Positions 24,490 to 27,681 of a stretch of 27,681 bases of DNA are shown piece after piece (positions within the stretch are counted from its first letter, which is position 1; each line of letters opens with the position of its first letter). The stretch is taken from assembly GCA_043753995.1 (NCBI GenBank), contig JAYUVP010000099.1:1-27681 (forward strand), read 5' to 3'. Both the position numbers and the translations under genes were made by a program. The notes below the pieces were generated by a model. It was not told the DNA's origin, made no database searches, and saw nothing but the letters and a program-made list of their open reading frames with translations. Origin of the DNA: Fibrobacterota bacterium. GTDB taxonomy: Bacteria > Fibrobacterota > Fibrobacteria > UBA11236.

Positions 24490-26847
24490 TTAACAACACC
24501 TCGGCTGCTTAAAGCGTTCTTCCTGGGCCTTGGCCCAGGCCTTGCCTGCCGTCTCTGGATTTGCGGCGTTGGCCAGGTCAGGTGCCAGGCCTAGGCCCTC
24601 GGTGCTCTGCGTTTCGCAATGCATTAAACCATGCACCTTGCCTCGCCCAGTTTCGGATCCGCCCGCACCCGACATCGACACTTTCCCCGCCTCCACTTGC
24701 CCGCCCACCACGCTGCGTACCAGGGCGAAGAGCAGCATGCCATGCGCTGCGAGCCTACCGAAAAAGCCAGGCGCAGCGGGGGGTTCACGCATTTCTTCGT
24801 CGCTGAGCCATACCGGCGTGCTTTCACGCAAGTCACGCGGGGAAGTGCCGCGCAACATGCCGACCCAGCGTCGAATCGAAGCAAGCAGAAGAATCACCAC
24901 AAGCATTAAAAATACTCCGCAGACCACGGCGTCAAGTTGAAGGTTGAAGACCGTGCGTTGGGTGGCCACGATTTTTTCGGTAGGCACCGATCCTGCCGCC
25001 AAATCATTTTTCAATTTCCCGGCCAGCGATAAAAAGCCGATCTTGGGGCTGGGATGGGCGATCTTTTGCAAAGCCGCGGTGAAGGTGACCGTGCCCAGCC
25101 AAAGCAATGGCAGGACCGTCACCCACAAGTGACGGGTCTTGCCCATTTTGATGAGCAAGGTGGTGCACAAGCAGAGCGCCACCAAGGCCAGCAATTGATT
25201 GGCAATGCCGAATAGCGGCCATAAGGAATTAATGCCTCCGAGCGGATCGAGGACGCCTTGCACGAGAAAGTATCCCCAGGCCGAAACCAAGAGGGCACTG
25301 GCGAATAGGTTGGCCCGCGTCGAGCGCGTATCGGCGAGCCTCGCGCTAAAAAGCCCGAGCACGGCTTGCAGGAGAAAACGTCCGACGCGAGTGCCGGCAT
25401 CGACCGTGGTCAGAATGAAAAGCGCTTCGAACATGATGGCGAAGTGATACCAAAGCCCCATCATGCCTTCGCCGCCGAATACACGGGAAAAGATTTGGGC
25501 CATGCCGAGCGCCAGGGTAGGAGCTCCGCCCGCGCGTCCGAACAAGGTCGATTCGCCTGTCACTTGCGCGAGATGCCCCATGGTTTCCACGGTCACCGGA
25601 AATCCCCAACTGCTAATGGTGGCAACGGCGGCTGCCGGTGTGGCGCCCACCACGGCGGCCGGAGCATTCATCGCGAAATAGACGCCGGGCTGTAAGGTGC
25701 AGGCGGCGATCAAGGCCATGATAGCGACGCTGGATTCAAGCAACATGCTGCCATAGCCCACTTGCCGCGCATGGCGTTCACGCGCGATGATCTTGGGGGT
25801 GGTGCCCGAGCTGATCAGGCTGTGAAAACCCGAAATGGCTCCACAGGCAATGGTGATAAAACAGAAAGGAAAAACCTTGCCCGAAAATATCGGGCCCGTG
25901 CCATCGATGAATTGCGTAAGCGGCGGCAAGGCGAGATCCGGCAAGGTGACGAGAATGCCAATGGCCAAGAGGCCGATAGTGCCCAGCTTCATGAAGGTGC
26001 TTAGATAATCGCGCGGGGCCAGGAGCATCCACACGGGCAAGGCCGAAGCCAAGAGGCCATAGGCTATGATGCACCACGCGAGAGTGAGGGGCTTGAAATT
26101 GAAAACCGGTCCCCAAGTCGGCGAATGATAAACCCATTGGCCGCCCCATACCGCCAGTAACAGCAAGGCTACCCCCATGACCGACACTTCGAGCACCTTA
26201 TGCGGACGCAAGAAGCGCAAATAGCCCCCCATGAAAAGCGCTATCGGCAAGGTGGCCGCGATAGTGAAGGCTCCCCAAGGGCTCCCTGCGAGGGCTTTCA
26301 CCACCACCAAGCCCAGTACCGCGATGAGGATGACCATGATGCCGAGTATGGCCACCAAGGCCACCACGCCCGCGACCGTGCCCACTTCTTCTCGCACCAT
26401 TTCACCCAGGGATTTGCCACTGCGCCGCATCGAGGCGAAGAGAATGAAAAAGTCTTGCACCGCGCCGCCGAGCACCACCCCGATGAGTATCCACAAGAGA
26501 CCAGGCAAATAGCCGAATTGCGCTGCCAGCACCGGACCCACCAAAGGCCCCGGCCCCGATATCGCCGCGAAGTGGTGACCGAAGACAATCCACTTATGCG
26601 TCTTCACGAAATCCTTGCCGTCTTCGTGCACATGGGCCGGAGTGGCGCGCCTGTCGTCCAAGGTGAGCAAGCTCGCGGCTATCCATTTCGAATAAAAACG
26701 ATACGCAATGGAATAAGTGCAAGCCGCTGCGACCAGTATCCACACCGCATTCAATGGCTCTTGTCGCGCCAGGGCAATAAAGGCATAGGCAGTTCCGCCG
26801 AGCACCGCCAAGCTTGCCCAGAATACGATGGCTAAGAGTCGTCGCAT
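24490..26847 (-). CDS. cstA: Carbon starvation protein A family transporter with a C-terminal YbdD/YjiX-like extension
   Basis: FGHHFAAISGPGPLVGPVLAAQFGYLPG, APRDYLSTFMK, ITIACGAISGFHSL, and LWPLFGIANQLL. ATG 26847 has a GAGGA RBS. Confidence 0.95.
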   Translation of the reverse strand: MRRLLAIVFWASLAVLGGTAYAFIALARQEPLNAVWILVAAACTYSIAYRFYSKWIAASLLTLDDRRATPAHVHEDGKDFVKTHKWIVFGHHFAAISGPGPLVGPVLAAQFGYLPGLLWILIGVVLGGAVQDFFILFASMRRSGKSLGEMVREEVGTVAGVVALVAILGIMVILIAVLGLVVVKALAGSPWGAFTIAATLPIALFMGGYLRFLRPHKVLEVSVMGVALLLLAVWGGQWVYHSPTWGPVFNFKPLTLAWCIIAYGLLASALPVWMLLAPRDYLSTFMKLGTIGLLAIGILVTLPDLALPPLTQFIDGTGPIFSGKVFPFCFITIACGAISGFHSLISSGTTPKIIARERHARQVGYGSMLLESSVAIMALIAACTLQPGVYFAMNAPAAVVGATPAAAVATISSWGFPVTVETMGHLAQVTGESTLFGRAGGAPTLALGMAQIFSRVFGGEGMMGLWYHFAIMFEALFILTTVDAGTRVGRFLLQAVLGLFSARLADTRSTRANLFASALLVSAWGYFLVQGVLDPLGGINSLWPLFGIANQLLALVALCLCTTLLIKMGKTRHLWVTVLPLLWLGTVTFTAALQKIAHPSPKIGFLSLAGKLKNDLAAGSVPTEKIVATQRTVFNLQLDAVVCGVFLMLVVILLLASIRRWVGMLRGTSPRDLRESTPVWLSDEEMREPPAAPGFFGRLAAHGMLLFALVRSVVGGQVEAGKVSMSGAGGSETGRGKVHGLMHCETQSTEGLGLAPDLANAANPETAGKAWAKAQEERFKQPRCC

Positions 26848-26920
26848 AAATCCTCGCAAAAAAACCTCACGCGAGCGCGCAAGGCTTGGCAAAAATAGGC
26901 TTTATCGGGAATCTCGGGGG

Positions 26921-26996
26921 TGGCTCCGCCTCCCCCGACCTCGGCCCGTATTGCCCAGGGGCCTTGTCGGCCTCGCCCGTCCCTCCGGCGAAGAGG
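26921..26996. repeat. Dispersed GC-rich intergenic repeat, copy 2
   Basis: 64/76 ungapped identity to 2..77. Confidence 0.85.
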
Positions 26997-27179
26997 CAGG
27001 GTTCGGAGAAAAGTGGGTGGGAGCGCTACGAAAGTCCTAGGTAACATCGGCGTTTCCCTGGGCAGGCGCCAGGTGGACAGCAAAAACGGAGGGAATTGGA
27101 GATTATGCAATCGGGTGGTAACGTCGGCATCGCGACATCGGAATTAAGTTCCTCTTTGACCCTATCGGAGAATACAAGC

Positions 27180-27656
27180 ATGACACCCAAGAACACCATC
27201 TGCCTTTGGTTCGATAAAGACGCGCAAGAGGCCGCAACCTTTTACGCCGCCAACTTTCCGGATAGTAAGGTGGGCGCCATTTACAAGGCGCCGAGTGATT
27301 TTCCCGGCGGCAAGGAGGGCGATATTCTTACCGTGGAGTTCACGGTTTTCGGCATTCCTTGCCTTGGTTTGAACGGGGGTTCGGCCTTTAAGCAAAGCGA
27401 GGCCTTTTCTTTTCAAATCGCGACAGATAATCAAGAAGAGACGGATCGCTACTGGAATGCCATCGTCGACAATGGCGGTGAAGAAAGTGCCTGCGGTTGG
27501 TGCAAGGACCGCTGGGGTCTCTCTTGGCAAATTACCCCGCGAACGCTCACCGAGGCCATGGCCGCAGGAGGGAGTGAAGCCAAACGCGCCTTTGAGGTAA
27601 TGATGACCATGGGCAAAATCGATGTCGCCGCCATAGACGCAGCCCGCCGCGGCTGA
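27180..27656 (+). CDS. VOC/PhnB-like protein (3-demethylubiquinone-9 3-methyltransferase-like family)
   Basis: ICLWFD, LNGGSAF, QEETDRYWNAI, CGWCKDRWGLSWQI. GGAG RBS before ATG 27180. Confidence 0.9.
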   Translation: MTPKNTICLWFDKDAQEAATFYAANFPDSKVGAIYKAPSDFPGGKEGDILTVEFTVFGIPCLGLNGGSAFKQSEAFSFQIATDNQEETDRYWNAIVDNGGEESACGWCKDRWGLSWQITPRTLTEAMAAGGSEAKRAFEVMMTMGKIDVAAIDAARRG

Positions 27657-27681
27657 GGGCACTACTTCGGCCGGAATGCGG

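Larger units (their letters stand above)
23994..24515. mobile_element. Mini-insert bounded by 25-bp direct repeats of the cstA 3' end (att-like)
   Basis: TAACAACACCTCGGCCGCTTAAAGC (23994-24018) vs TAACAACACCTCGGCTGCTTAAAGC (24491-24515): 24/25 identical, 497 bp apart. The interior looks AT-richer. Confidence 0.7.

Noticed and set aside
24490..24498. Possible selenocysteine at the CstA tail
   Set aside because: The codons are TGT TGT TAA, with no in-frame TGA.
2..26996. Whole window as one mobile element bounded by the 76-bp repeats
   Set aside because: The interior holds housekeeping-type genes (pabAB, phosphomutase, cstA, flagellins) and no mobility genes, and the repeats are only 84% identical.
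1..27681. CRISPR array, tRNA/rRNA, transposase or integrase
   Set aside because: No regularly spaced repeats, no recognisable structural RNA genes and no recombinase motifs were seen.

Overview
Gene-dense bacterial chromosomal window, probably from a flagellated member of the Fibrobacterota. This is an inference from two TIGR02147-like regulators, lipoproteins with a post-Cys 'TETGN'-type motif, and C-terminal tails with 'DLRGR' or T9SS-like patterns. In order it holds: a fused PabAB, a PAP2 phosphatase, a GAF/PAS-GGDEF-EAL protein, four tandem short flagellins, a beta-barrel-like protein, a TIGR02147-like gene with a DUF2341/LamG lipoprotein, a PEP-CTERM C-type lectin, a phosphohexomutase, two secreted enzymes, a second TIGR02147-like gene with a lipoprotein, a GNAT, an orphan, CstA and a VOC protein. 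Main observations: (1) two translationally coupled 'TIGR02147 regulator + lipoprotein' modules, with a shared lipoprotein motif and a recurring TGTCCTCA-like upstream DNA motif, a candidate uncharacterised regulatory system; (2) a 497-bp integrase-less insert bounded by a 25-bp duplication of the cstA 3' end; (3) CstA carrying a fused YbdD/YjiX-like '-RCC' tail; (4) each flagellin with its own sigma-28-like promoter, two GGA-loop (CsrA-type) hairpins and a terminator; (5) a sigma-54 promoter plus TGT-N11-ACA enhancer before the PEP-CTERM gene; (6) a 76-bp dispersed repeat at both ends of the window. All family calls come from motif recognition by eye, with no database search.
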